A stretch of DNA of 63,965 nt, counting the filler, from Intoshia linei (taxonomy: Eukaryota; Animalia; Orthonectida): the NCBI GenBank assembly GCA_001642005.1. It is 10 parts of 10 records of this genome, joined end to end, with 100 filler letters (N's around TTAATTAATTAA, not from the genome) between each part and the next. Parts side by side here need not be neighbours in the genome. Positions count along the whole stretch, not along the records: positions 13,063 to 24,778 come from LWCA01001159.1; positions 24,879 to 46,440 come from LWCA01000639.1; 8 more parts are not named here. One strand, written 5' to 3'. Below are positions 14,536-31,732 of this stretch, one piece after another; the first letter of the stretch is position 1, and each line of letters starts with the position of its first letter. The notes below the pieces were generated by a model. It was not told where the DNA came from, did no database searches, and was given only the letters and a program-made list of their open reading frames with translations. The position numbers and the translations under genes were made by a program.

Positions 14536-15049
14536 TTGCGAGGGAATGAATTATATAGATTTTCACCCATATTTCTTTATTGGAAATTATTATTTAATAT
14601 AATGTGTAGACGTTTAATGCACATTTTTTTTGAAATTGTATGATCAATATTTATAGTTTCAATTTTGATCGAAATATATTTGAAAAATATTGGTTGATAA
14701 TATATTAATAATTATTTTTCACCGGGAATGCGTAGATTTCTGGGATTGCTATTTTGTATTTATATCAACTGGAATAAGGTCTATCAGAATAATAGTTTTT
14801 TTTAATTTTCGGAAAGTTAATAATTTCACATTTTTTGTTTTAATAAAATATTTCGGAAAAAAATATATAAATACTAAAATGCTTTTTTGACCGTGAAAGC
14901 GTCCCTTATTCATATTGAAATTTTTTGAAATTCTAGGGCTGTTTTCATTAGAAAAGAATTTGGGGTTTTGGCTCTGAAGATATATTTTTTTTAAATTTAT
15001 GATTTCAAAATCCGTATCAGAGTATATATTTTTTTAAATTTTTCAACTT
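14536..15049 (-). mobile_element. Helitron family internal fragment
   Basis: ggaatgaattatatagattttcacccatatttctttattggaaa and following blocks shared with the other copies. Confidence 0.7.
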
Positions 15050-15354
15050 TTAAACATTTTCTGCTGTAATTGACTCATTATAATCATTTTAATGTTGAAT
15101 TTTCACATCTCCCTGGATTTTATTTTGTTGAATATACTAGAACCATTTCTGTCAAGTTAAAATTTAAATGTATTATGTGTAAATTTTCCAAAACGGAGCC
15201 GTGGAATTTTTTGATATAAAGTGGCCCACGAGATGCAAAAGGTTGCCCATCCTGCCATAAACCCATACATGTACTGAGAAAATGCGTAAAATTGACATGA
15301 TAAACAATTAAATAAATAACGAATTAAAAATTTAATCAATGATATAATTCTAAA

Positions 15355-16185
15355 TTATAAAATTTTATTAAGTGTAATTCCAGTTTTCATGTAATAAAAC
15401 AAATCTACCATTATTACGGATCCTTGAATTAGAATAGATGAAATCGTTTCATTATACCCAAATCTAGTTGAAAGATATCTTGACGTGGTTTGAGAGATCA
15501 AACTTGTGATAAAATAGAAAATTATTTTATCAAACCGTGTAACATTAATTACGATGTGGTTAAATCTAATAACTGAATCTATAAATACTGAAATATATAT
15601 CAATGATATGTAGAGTGGTACATATATCATAGACAAGAAAATTTGCATAACAAACTCTGCCAACTGATTAATCTTATGTGACCACAAATCTTCAAGTTCT
15701 GCAATTAATTTTTGTTTTAAAACTTTCTCATACATTGATTTATAAACACTATCAATGGTTTTTCCGACGAATGGAATATGTGCATAAAATTTCTTTTTCT
15801 TCAATTTTTTATTAACGTATTTATTCACCAATGCATCGTAGTTTTTCGATACAATTAAAAGCAATTTGGATTTAAACAGATTGCCAAAGTATACCACTAA
15901 GGGTGACAAAATAAAGTAAACATGTAAGATGTTATCCAACCTTAAATAGTCAGAAATTTTGAACATTTTGTATTTATTAAAATAATTTGACAGTTGTCCT
16001 CCAAAATAACGCTTTGCGTATTGTGCATGTGCGTATTTAAAATAGTTTATCAAGTTTTGCTTTTCACTAACCTTCAACTGTTTGTATATTTTCGCACCAT
16101 CCCATTTTTTGTTAGCGTACAGTTCACTAATGAAGCATAATAGTAATAAACTAAAAAAATTCTTGATTACATGATTATTGTACAT
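15355..16185 (-). CDS. Intronless 276-aa hypothetical membrane protein with signal peptide
   Basis: Long ORF in very AT-rich DNA; N-terminal FFSLLLLCFISELYA and several hydrophobic segments; no family recognised. Confidence 0.6.
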   Translation of the reverse strand: MYNNHVIKNFFSLLLLCFISELYANKKWDGAKIYKQLKVSEKQNLINYFKYAHAQYAKRYFGGQLSNYFNKYKMFKISDYLRLDNILHVYFILSPLVVYFGNLFKSKLLLIVSKNYDALVNKYVNKKLKKKKFYAHIPFVGKTIDSVYKSMYEKVLKQKLIAELEDLWSHKINQLAEFVMQIFLSMIYVPLYISLIYISVFIDSVIRFNHIVINVTRFDKIIFYFITSLISQTTSRYLSTRFGYNETISSILIQGSVIMVDLFYYMKTGITLNKIL

Positions 16186-16449
16186 ACCTCGATATAACCA
16201 GCTTCATTTTCGCAAAATTTATTGTGAATATGAAAATATCAATATATGTGGTTATTGGTAAATATTTGTTTTTAATATTTACATTATTAAATTAATTTTA
16301 TTTTGGCTAACATCGTAATTTCTCAATAATACGTCAGCGTATTTATGTAATATTTAGTCGTACTTTGTATTCTAAGTATTATTTGTAATAAATAAAATAT
16401 GCGTAATAAACATAAGGGTTATTCAAATTTAGAATTTTTTTAAATATAA

Positions 16450-17630
16450 TGTAATAGATCGATCTGATTAAAGACGATATTCAATTAAATACAATTGTAT
16501 TCTTCAGTTGGTTGATAATAAAGTGAACAGTGTCCCTGGATACCTGAGCGTTATTATTACATCTCCCTCCAAGATGAATCGCTGATCCATTCATTACGAA
16601 CACGTTCTAAATAAATCCTTAAAATTTTGATACGAAGATTTAAAACCCCCTGATGAAATTTTGATATGAAGATTTTCAACTTCCCTTATAATTAATATTA
16701 TAACAATGTCTTCTCATTTTCTCAGTTGTTTCCTCATCATATTCGCAGTTAAGAAAAATAAATTCCACCCCACCATATTTTTACCCAATCCTAAACATTG
16801 CCGATGGAAATTCTTCCTACAAATTACGCATCATAAATTGTCCACTTCCTGCGTGCCCTCTTCACATTTATCACAAATCCTTTGTGTGTGGCCGGCAGAT
16901 TGTTCGCAATCTATCCTTTTGCTATTTACCCTGCGAGATTTAAGATTCAAAATATAATCATTAAACTTCGAAGGTAATCTTCGACGCTTGGCGCCATTTT
17001 GCCTTACGCAATACTTACAACAGAAAGTATCCAACTCATCTGCTTCGGTTTTAGTCAATTCAACACATTGACCATGGAACCATTTTCTACATCGATCGCA
17101 TTCGACCATAAAATCGCCTTCTATTTCTCCGCGATTACAATAGCAAAACTTCCCAGTAGTGTCTATTGGCTCCGACCCGCCTAAAGCATCATTCTTCTCT
17201 TCCAACACTTTCCGCTTTCGCTGATCCAATTTTCCCAGAACAGGGTCATTATTTCGATAATTTTCCGCTTCTACAGCCTGCCGCTTTGGAACCGTCTTGT
17301 CATAATTTTTTAAGATAATAGCCCCGTAATATTTACCCACGTTTTTCAGCTCCTGGTCATTCACTACCCCCCCCCCTGTCCTATTGGCATCCAACGGTAA
17401 ATCTAGATTCCTTCTATAAATCATTTGAGCCAGACTTTTCTTAATAGCCGCCAAAACCGTGTTGCGAATAGCGAACAATACCTCTGGTAACTTTTCCTCC
17501 TAGTTACGATCAAAACGACCTTGAAGTTGTGTCCTTAAGAGATTCTTTATGGTTCTATTCAATGTCTCAACAGCCCGACTCCTTCGTGGATGTAACTACG
17601 AGTCTCTGTCTTCACGATTTGATAACGGGT
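16450..17630 (-). mobile_element. Degenerate Gypsy-type element 3' end: integrase core end, two PHD fingers, PPT and putative short LTR
   Basis: HPRRSRAVETLNRTIKNLL...EKLPEVLFAIRNT...MIYRRNLDLPLD (rve C-terminal part). PHD1 is CYC...MVECDRCRKWFHGQCV...FCCKYC. Polypurine tract GGAGGGAGA abuts TGTAATA at 16561, with the inverted TATTACA ending at 16450. Confidence 0.75.
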
Positions 17631-18077
17631 ACATAAATAATTATCATTTTCAAAACATTTTGTTTAAAATTTAAATTAAAACTACAACAACTAAATACTA
17701 AAAGTAATACAACTTTGTTATTTTTATATTTATTACTAGGTTGATTGTTATGTACTACGTAAAATACATATAATAAATCGCGTCCCAGAATGTATATTTG
17801 ATTAAATTTAAAAAAAATTAATTCTTAGACGATTTTCCTTTTTTTTTGTAATAAAAGTTGAATTTACAATTACAATTTTTACTTACAATTAATTAAAAAA
17901 TTAATCTACTAATGAGTAGAATAATATATACATATCAATTAAAAAAAGTAAATTGTCACGCTTGATTAATTACGATATGTTTTGACAATACAAATAATCC
18001 ATACTTTTGTGACAATATTAGTAATAGTAATCAATGTAAAATAAAAAATATCCAACAAAACTAAATGATTAAAAGAA

Positions 18078-20335
18078 ATGAAAAAGAAAAGTTCTGAATT
18101 TAACGACAAAGAATCTAAATTTGAATATTTAAAACTAGTTAAGGCGTATAAAAGTTTTCAGTCAATAATAAAGGAAAAAAAAATATTAGTTCCAACTTTT
18201 ACAAACATTTTTAAAAAACACGTAAGGGAAAAGAAATTATTGCAACAGGTAATTTAGAAATTTAATTTTTTGAATTGTTATTTTTAGATATACCTTCAAA
18301 ATGAAGATTTAATTTATATGAATATATTCTTGGAATCTTTGAAACTCGAAATATATAGTCATTTGAGTAAAATAAGATTTTTTCAATGTAGTAATTTAAA
18401 AAATGGTTTAACTTCAATGATGGATTGTTTCAAGTTAAATTTTAAAAAAATTACACATTTACAACTCATTCATTGTCAAATTGATTCAAAAATGATTTGT
18501 TTCTTTATTAGTCAACTAAGAAAATCATTTTATAAATGGACTATTCAAAATTTAAATTTTGATGACAACGAGTTCGTTTTTTAATTTATCAATTTTATTT
18601 TTAAATTTAGAATTCAGAATAAGGGGTTAATCGAAATTTGCGATTATTTGGTTGAAATTAAAGCTTATTCAATTACAAAACTGAGTTTTCAATTTAACAA
18701 TATAAGTCATGTAGCAATACCTAAACTGGTTAATGTTATGAACAAATACAAAATAAGGTATTTAATTTATGTTGATACTATTGTTGATCATACTAGATTG
18801 AATGTTATGTACTACGTACAAACAACACCTAGCTCTGCCGAGGGCGGAAATTTTTATTCTACCAAAAATTAAATTAAAAAAGAAAATCTAACTTCAATTT
18901 TAAGTTAAAATAATAATATAGTTGTACTTCGTTGTTATAGTTTTGTAATAAAATTTTGTTCAAAGTGAATTTAAATTTTTTGAAAATGAGGATTTGACAA
19001 TGAAAAATGCGAAGGAATGAATTATATAAATTTTGATCCATATTTCTTTAATGGAAATGTGTAGACGTTCAGTACAGATTTTGTTTGAAGTTGTAGGATC
19101 AATATTTTTATTTTAATCGAAATATTTGAAAAATATTGGTTAATAATATACATTAATGTATCAAAAATTATTTTTCACATGGAACACGTAGATTTGTGGG
19201 GTTGAAAATTTGTATTTACATCAACTGAAATAAGCTCTATCAGAATACTTATTTTTTTTAATTTTCGGACTGTTAATTTTTTCACATTTTTGGTTTTACT
19301 TGTTATTAAATTATTTCGAAAAAAAATATATAAATACTAAAATGCTTTTTTAATTGTGAAGGCGTCACTTATTCAAATTGAAATTTTTTTTGTGTCTTAA
19401 CAGTATACAGCTATACAATCTGTAATTTTTTTGAAATTCTAGGGCTGTTTTCATTTAAAAAAAAGGGGTAATGTGAGGTTTGGACCACAAAAATGAACCT
19501 TTTTGATGTTTCCATTTATGATAATGCTTACGATTTTAAAAACAAATGGTAATTTGTGGCTTTCGCCATGAAAATATGCGTTTCTAAGACTGAGATTTGC
19601 TGCACTGTTAATGATTCTAAAACGGGTCCCAGAATATTTATTTTATTACATTTTTGGGCTGATTTTATTTTTAAACAAAATGGCAAATTTGGTATTTTAC
19701 TCTGAGGGACCCAATTTCTGAAAATGAAAATTATATAATACACGCTCTAGGAAATACTGTATTAAAAAGTGGAAATCCCTTTAACTCGAAGAGTGTTGAA
19801 TCGTTGGCGCAGTGTTTCTTGAAAAGAGAAAATATATCAAATGAATGGAAATGACTATAAATTTATATTGTTACATTCTAGTTATCTTAATCTAAATGGC
19901 AACAAAATAGGAATACTGGGTTTCAATTTAATAATTAAAAATATTTATAAATTCATGAAAATGAATAACCCGGAAGAAGGAAAAATAAAAAATATAAAAA
20001 AAAATAAAAAGAAAACAAAAAAAAAGAAAAAGAAAAAAGGTAACATTGAACCAGAGCTTCCAATTGTCTATTACGAAAAAAATTCAAGTTCATTAGAAAA
20101 TTTAAACTTGGCCGACAATTGTATTGATTTACATTTAAATGGTGAAAATGCAATTTATTTTCAAAAAACTATTCTCCAATTTTGCAGGTACAATACATGT
20201 ATTTATGAAATGAGTCTACATCTGCATTTAGAATTTTGCTGGCATCTAAATTGAATCAAGTAGACATAATTGGAAATTCAATTGGATATGTTGCTTCTAA
20301 AAATATAATATTCAGTCTCATAAAACGTAAAATGA
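18078..20335 (+). CDS. RNI-like leucine-rich repeat protein; exons about 18078..18248, 18288..18571, 18611..18757, 19882..20187, 20261..; 3' end uncertain
   Basis: LRR motifs (IQNLNFDDNEIQNKGL, ITKLSFQFNNI, YLNLNGNKIGILG, LENLNLADNCI) joined by 39-nt introns and one Helitron-containing intron; Lys-rich insert. Confidence 0.72.
18793..19495 (-). mobile_element. Helitron copy (3' end CTAG at 18793) within an LRR gene intron
   Basis: ctagattgaatgttatgtactacgtacaaac is the reverse complement of hairpin plus CTAG; shared internal sequence follows. Confidence 0.75.
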
Positions 20336-20557
20336 GTAATTTTTGAAATTTGTCTTTGATTGAATATTAAAATTAAATGTCTGATGATTCGATGGTTATA
20401 ATCTACGAAAAGTTTGTAGAATGGAGGCTAAATTAGCTCAAAATGTAGCTAATATTGATAATATTTTTGTATTGTTTCTTATCATTAGATACACTTTATA
20501 AAGTGACCAGAAAAAATACGTACTATCAATTTTAGTTTATTTAGTGATAAATGTTAG

Positions 20558-20855
20558 CTGTGTTTCCCAAGGTGGGCGATAGCGCCCACTTGGGTGCGCT
20601 GAAATATTTAAAGGGAGCGAAGTGAAAATTTTTATAAACTTATATAATTTATGTCTTTATCGACTACATTTAGTATTTCATTTTTGATCTACTTAACGAT
20701 TTATTATATCTGGATAATGATAAGTTATTTACACTTCCAGTTAAGGAGAAATTCGATAGACTCGTGTTAGTTATCACTTTTTATTTGTTATCTAATTAAA
20801 ATAATTATCTCTTATTATTTTAAAAATATAGTTAGTTTTAATTTAATTTTTAATT
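20558..20855 (+). mobile_element. hAT element left end, near-identical to 23635-23915
   Basis: ctgtgtttcccaaggtgggcgatagcgcccacttgg plus about 250 bp shared with the 23635 element; ends at an N gap. Confidence 0.75.
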
Positions 20856-20876
20856 NNNNNNNNNNNNNNNNNNNNN

Positions 20877-21650
20877 AAAAATTGTAATATAAAAATGTTT
20901 TGAAAATGAAAATTTGAAATTTAAAAATTGTGTAGCAATGAAAAAAATTTCGAAGGAATGAATTATATAAATTTTCACCCATATGTCTTTATTGGAAATG
21001 TGTAGACGTACAATGCACATTTTTTGAAATTGTAGATTTACATTTTCATTTTAATCGAAATATTTGAAAAAATTTGGTTGATAAATTATCAATGATAATA
21101 TATTAAAAATTATTTTTCACCGTGAATGCGTAGATTTCTGGGGTTGAAATTATGTATTTATATCAACTGGAATAATCTCTATCAGAATAATTTTTTTTTT
21201 AATTTTCGGACAGTTAATTATTTCATATTTTTTGTTTTAATAAGATATTTCGGAAAAAAAATATATAAATACTAAAATGCTTTTTTGACCGTGAAGTCGT
21301 CCACTTAATCGATTGTAATTTATTATGTGTGTTAAATGGATACAACTGTATCATCTGTAATTTTTTTTAAATTCTAGGGCTGTTTTCATTAAAAAAATAA
21401 GGGTAATTTGTAGTTTTGGCCCTAAAGATATAATTTTTTTAAATTTTCCAACTCGATTGATTTTCAAAAAGAAGGATAACAGGGGTTTTTGACCCGTAAG
21501 ATGTGAAATTGGGAAGTTGCAATTTATCTTATTATACGCCCGGAAAAAACTGTAATTGAAATGTGGTCTTTAAAAAATTCTAAGAGTGGTAGTTATTTCA
21601 ATAAAGTCACACACAAACAAAAATTGCGTAGAATATTATATAAGTTAAAA
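20877..21650 (-). mobile_element. Helitron family copy
   Basis: Shared internal sequence; degenerate 5' end near 21645. Confidence 0.72.
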
Positions 21651-22204
21651 TTATATGATTAACATTTCGATTAATATCATAAATAGGTATTCCGCGATAT
21701 AATATAATTTAAAATGTAGAATTTTTGGTGTACAAAATTTGCCATATTCAATTTTCCCACGAAAAATGGATCAACCCTGTAAAGAGCCTAGCATAAACCT
21801 GAAATATATTATTTAATTAAAATTTTAAAAATCATGTTACTAACTAAAGTAATACTAATTACAGAACGATAATTATGATAGATAATAATAATTTACTCAA
21901 TCAACACCAGATTTGTCTCAATCTACTAAAATTACAAATTTTGCAAAAAATGAGTACTAATCAATAAAATAATCACACATCATCTGAATTGGATAAGCTA
22001 ATAAACATTAACAATCAAATTATAAAAAGTAATGAAAAATAAATAAATGAGTAAAAATAAAATAAAAAGAATTCTTAAAAAAACATAGAAAGGATCAGTA
22101 GTTATCAATGTAAAATTTTACAAATCTTGACACTAATATTCTCGAATAAAGAGTTGTCTCGCGATACTCAATAAAATAAAATAAAGTGATTGGTTGAAAC
22201 ACTT

Positions 22205-22846
22205 CTACCGAAACAAAAAAAAACTTACTCTTTTTTGTTTAAATTGCAATTGTTTTTTATTCTTGTTTGAGTTCTCAATCCTTTTGAAATTTTTATCATT
22301 TTTGACTGCACGTCTTAAATTTGTAGATGAATCGATTCGACCCGTATAATAGTTTGACAATTTACGAGCTTTGAAAATTTCTTGTCTCATACGATGAAAT
22401 TGTGAAGATTTAATTTCAGCCTCTTTAGCGTTAATGTCGGTCCAAATTAAGTTTGGCATAAATATTATATTCCATAATTGTGTATATGATTCACTAGATT
22501 TTGTAATCATTATGAGTTGATTATTTAGCATTGATTCAGCATGCCTCGCTTCTTTAACTGTGTCAAATTCTACCCAACCTTCACAATATATTCGTCGTTT
22601 ACGTTTTTGTTTCTTGTCTACGTGAAAATTTACAAAAAAGTTAAATTTTCAATGAATTGTATATAAAAACAACAAAAGTGTTGTAACTTAAATAGTACCG
22701 TCTGGTCTAAAATATGCTCTACCAATTTTTCCAAAATTTCCTAGGTATGTACTTATTTGAGCTATAGTATATCCATTTGGCACATGACTTAAATAAACAA
22801 TCCCTTTTGTATTTCTACTTCGTAATTTTTCTTCCAATGTATTCAT
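22205..22846 (-). CDS. ABT1: Activator of basal transcription 1 / pre-rRNA-processing protein Esf2; join(22699..22846,22205..22617)
   Basis: KGIVYLSHVP...GKIGRAYF, YCEGWVEF, LNNQ, LWNIIFMPNLIW match ABT1/ESF2 RRM motifs; 81-nt GT-AG intron. Confidence 0.88.
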
Positions 22847-23634
22847 TCAATAATTTATATTTTCGCTCAATATCTTCACTATAAATTTTAAAATTTATAT
22901 TTTGTTGTAATAATCCCAAGATTTATCAATATTTTCTCTGCAATTCGTTAATACTCCATAATGCCATACATTTGAGAAAATGTTTATTTTATTAACACGG
23001 GGAACAAAGGCATGAAAATTACAACATTTATATAATTACCATCACTCTACATCTGTAAAAGTATGTACACTGGCAACATTATCGAAGCTAAGAGAATAGT
23101 TATTTGTGATTCTATTTGTCACTGCCGATTCGAATGAGAAGTTTTAGTCATGAAAGTAAATTCAATTTGAAATTAGTTTCCATTGGAAATTTTTCAATGT
23201 AAATAAAGATCAAATTCATATTCATATCGGTTGACATAAATTAAAGCTTAACTTAAACTGTAAAAGGCTCCAGGGCAGGGTTGCTAACTGGGTTATTTTT
23301 CTCATAAGAATTCGGGTTTTCAAATTCAACTCAGGGCTCAGTGTTAAGTGATATTTCTCAGGGTAATTTAATTATTACAATCAAAATCATCAGATCAGAT
23401 ATATTTTATTTATATTCTATAATCTTTCTGTCTAAAATGAAAAAGTTTAGTGAGAGTAGAAATAAGTATAAGAATCAACTTTAACATGGAATGCAAAGAC
23501 TTTATGTTACTTAAAACATCCTGCTCAAAAAAACCTTATTAATATGGCCAAAACTCAACAAAAATATAATTTTCGAAAATAATTGTATTTGATCTTGTTT
23601 TTTGTGTTGTGTCATTTGTTTTTTTTCTCTAAAG

Positions 23635-24778
23635 CAGTATTTCCCAAGGTTGGCGATAGCGCCCACTTGGGGGCGCTGTGAAAATTTTTATAAACTTATA
23701 TAATTAATGTTTTTATCTACTACATTTAGAATTTCATTTTTGATCTACTTAACCATTTATTATATGTGGATAATGATAAGTTATTTACACTTCCAGTTAA
23801 GGAGAAATTCGATAGAGACTCTGAGTTAGTTACTCACTTTTTATTTGTTATCTAATTAAAATAATTATCTCTTATTATTTTAAAAATATAGTTAGTTTTA
23901 ATTTAATTTTTAATTCATATTATCAACCATTTTAATTAATGTTCGCATTTTAAATCAGGTAATTCAAATGCAACTAACTGTATGTTTTATTTTAGATTAT
24001 TATTATATTTATTCAATATGAGCAATAAAAAAAAATGTCGTAGATATTCAATTGATTACTTAAAATATGGTGTAATTGCCTCTGAAATCAATGAACAGCT
24101 ACCAATGTGTTTAATATGTGAAAAGACATTCTCGAATGAGGGAATGAAACTATCAAGAATGATTGATCATCTAAGAATCAAACACTTTGATAAAGTAAAT
24201 AATGACATCAGTTATTTTCGTAAATTAAAAAATGAATACAAAAATTGCAAAACGATCAAATCTGTTTATAATCAAGATAATATCAAAATAAAAAATGGGT
24301 TGATGGCGTCGTACAAAATATCAAAATTAATTGGTAAATGCGGAAAGCCACAAACTATTGGAGAAAATCTCATTTTACCGGCAATCAACGCAGTATTTGA
24401 TACTATGATGCTTGGTACACCCAATGTTACAAAATTTATACCTCTGAGTAATAATACAGTATCTTTAAGAATTGATGAAATGGTCAGTGATATAGAAGAC
24501 TAATTATGCAACAGATTGAAGACCGCAGAGTTCAGTTTACAAATCGATGAGTCAACTCTAAGAGACAATGAAGCTTTACTGATGGGATATGTACGATATT
24601 TGGATAGAAACGATAATATGTGTGAAGAGTTACTATTTTATGAATTATAGAAGGTGATTCAAAGGGTCATACCATTTTCAAAATATTAGAAAATTTCTTT
24701 AATAAAAAATCTATACCTATTTGAAATATTATTGCATGTGCAACTGATGGAGCACCTGCCATGGTTGGCCGTCATCGT
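23635..24778 (+). mobile_element. hAT (Buster/Charlie, ZBED5/SCAND3-like) transposon, 5' part, pseudogenised
   Basis: TIR-like cagtatttcccaagg. Transposase RRYSIDYLKYG...PMCLICEK...KPQTIGENLILP...PLSNNTVSLRIDEM, then FSLQIDEST and ATDGAPAMVG after stops. Confidence 0.88.
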
Positions 24779-24878
24779 NNNNNNNNNNNNNNNNNNNNNN
24801 NNNNNNNNNNNNNNNNNNNNNNTTAATTAATTAANNNNNNNNNNNNNNNNNNNNNNNNNNNNNNNNNNNNNNNNNNNN

Positions 24879-25210
24879 TCTTTATAACACCTGATTTTTT
24901 TCCGGTATTGGTTGATGTGGTATCACATATGATTATTTTTATTCTTGAAAAGATTATATTTTTAAGATTACACGGAATAGGATATATAGGAGATTTAAAT
25001 CCAGTATCATCTGTAGTATCAATTTTATGATGATAAAGAGAGGTGCAATATGGAATAATAGAAAAAATGTCATTAAATTTGTCTACACAATCTTGAAATA
25101 AAGGATTTAATATATTGACTGTTTTATTAGAAATATCAGGTTTAATGAATAAGGGAAGAGTTTTACTTTTAATTGCATTAATATAAATAAGATTATCTTC
25201 AAGATTCTAG
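24879..25210 (-). mobile_element. Transposon debris: Gypsy pre-RT-like segment joined to a DTTxxNTG transposase motif
   Basis: Minus-strand translation FNDIFS...HHKIDT...PIYPIP followed by ICDTTSTNTGKKSGV. Confidence 0.45.
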
Positions 25211-26185
25211 CATTGACTTTTATTAATATGGAGAAGTCTTAGTTCACATGAAAGTTCATATCTTATAATATTTATGTAGTCTGTTAGATAAAATATTTTT
25301 GTGTTATTATATAGTTTTACAACAATACTACCGTATATTTTAATGGAATATTGCATAGTATTTTTGTATTATGAGATTTGTTCATTTGCTTATATTAAAT
25401 TGCTATTAATAATCTAGTCAACTCAAATTTTTTATTTTTTTATTTTAATGATTATCATTTTCAAATCTATACCAGAATTTATGTTTTATAAAATTTACGA
25501 CTTTTTTCATTATAAAAAAAAGTGTAATTTGTAGTTCTTTTATGAAGTTGTAAGTTTGTGATACTGATAAATACTACAATGTATACTGCAATGATACCTT
25601 TTACAAGCTTTCCAGAATATATATTTTTTTGAAATTTTACAATTGATTTCATCTTTAAAATATTAAAATTGCGGTTTTGATCCTGATTAACTTAATTTCA
25701 AAAAATAATATTTGCGATACACTCTTGAAGCAATCTATTAGTGAGTGGATTTTTAAATAAACTGTAACATAAAAAAATTACGTTATATAAATAAAAGGTG
25801 TAATGTATATAATTTTTTTGGGTTCACAGCCAAAACGGGTTGAGAATGTCTGATTTAACCGATATTGAACTAACTTAAGTGGATGGTTAAATTTGCTTTG
25901 TTTTTAATTGGGTCAGCGAAGATATATTGATCGATTTAGACTATATGAATATAAAAATGATTTTTTAAAACATTAATCTGGCAATACAATAATGTAAATA
26001 GTAAATATTGATTGGTTATGGTGTACTATTGTTTATTTGTTATTTTATGTACTATGCGTTGTAAACATTGATCAACATATTATAAATACCTGTATCCTAG
26101 AAAAAGCAAACACATTTTCAGCTAGAAAAATAACATTTGTAATTTACACTATACTTGTTTTTTCACATTTTAAAATTGAAATATA

Positions 26186-27177
26186 ATGGCCATGATGGAC
26201 TGCACCCAAGAAGAAAGTATCTATAGCTTAATTCAACCAGAATTTTTCGAAAAGTCCAAAAAATTGATGTAATTTTAAAAATAGATTATTAAATATACAA
26301 ATGTAGATACAAGTCGATATATAATCAATCTGTTAAACAAGCATATAATCGAAATAAAAAGAATATGAGTACGATGGGAGATTTAAAATTTAGCGGGAGA
26401 GACCCCAAAGATTTTCTAAAAAAAAACCTTAGTAAATACGAAAGAGAAAAGCGTAATTAATTTAAAAAATTTTAAACAATTTTACGAGGTCACAATAGTT
26501 TATAAATTATAATTGATTAAATTTTTCATAAAAAAAATTTTAGTCACAAAATTTAAATATCCGGATCAGAACAACAGAAAACCAAAGATACCCAAAAAAT
26601 CAGAAAAACCAATAATGGGGATTACAACCAGAAAAAATTTTGTAAAAAAAAATGCAATTGAAAACATAATGATTGTACCTAAAAAACCAGCCCATAACGT
26701 TGTAGACCAAAGAAACGGTCAAAAACAAAACATTAACAAAGCTGGACTAATAAAACAATACATTTTAAAAAATGTATATTTGTCTAGAAAAAATAATAAT
26801 TTTTATTTTAGGAATATGGAAAATTACCAAAATATCTAAAAAAATTTAACGAAAATTGCAAACTTCAAAAAGAATATTTTGATAAAATAACACAAGAAAA
26901 ATTGGACCAATCGTCATTAAAAAAAATTTCACAGGAGAATCGAACAAGATTATTGGATTCATTAAAAAAAACTTGGGAAAATTATTATTCAACGTATCAA
27001 ACAATTTCAGTTATAACAGATACTGTACCCAAAAAACAACGAAAAGAGTACTTGGAAAATCAAATGAAGCGCTTAGAAAGAGAAATTGAGCATATCGAAA
27101 GTTATCCAATCATTTATATATCTACCGAATGCGAAAATGATTTACACGAAAACTTAACTATTGAAGATGAAATTTAA
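26186..27177 (+). CDS. ENKUR: Enkurin; join(26186..26268,26307..26452,26544..26773,26812..27177)
   Basis: EESIYSLI, STMG, KDFLKK, KPIMGITTRKNFVKKNAIENI, EYGKLPKYL, LKKTWE...DTVPKKQRKEYLENQMKRLEREIEHIE..IIYI. Confidence 0.92.
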
Positions 27178-27296
27178 TATAAATATAGATTAATTAGTAA
27201 TAAAATTTTGACTAATTAAACAAATTTATTTGTTAAGACGAATAATTTAATTTTAAAATCATAAAGGATGGTATATATTTAATCATATTAATATTA

Positions 27297-31732
<4,436 letters not shown>

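Noticed and set aside
3050-14890. Similar short ORFs 3050-3247 and 14690-14890 as a peptide family
   Set aside because: Both are chance translations of the Helitron repeat.
15355-16185. 276-aa ORF as the env gene of the neighbouring Gypsy element
   Set aside because: It lies beyond the PPT and candidate 3' LTR, and no env motifs were recognised.
16831-16833. TGA in the second PHD as selenocysteine or programmed readthrough
   Set aside because: The element has other disabling changes (TAG near 17500, Cys to Phe in PHD2), so decay is the simpler explanation.
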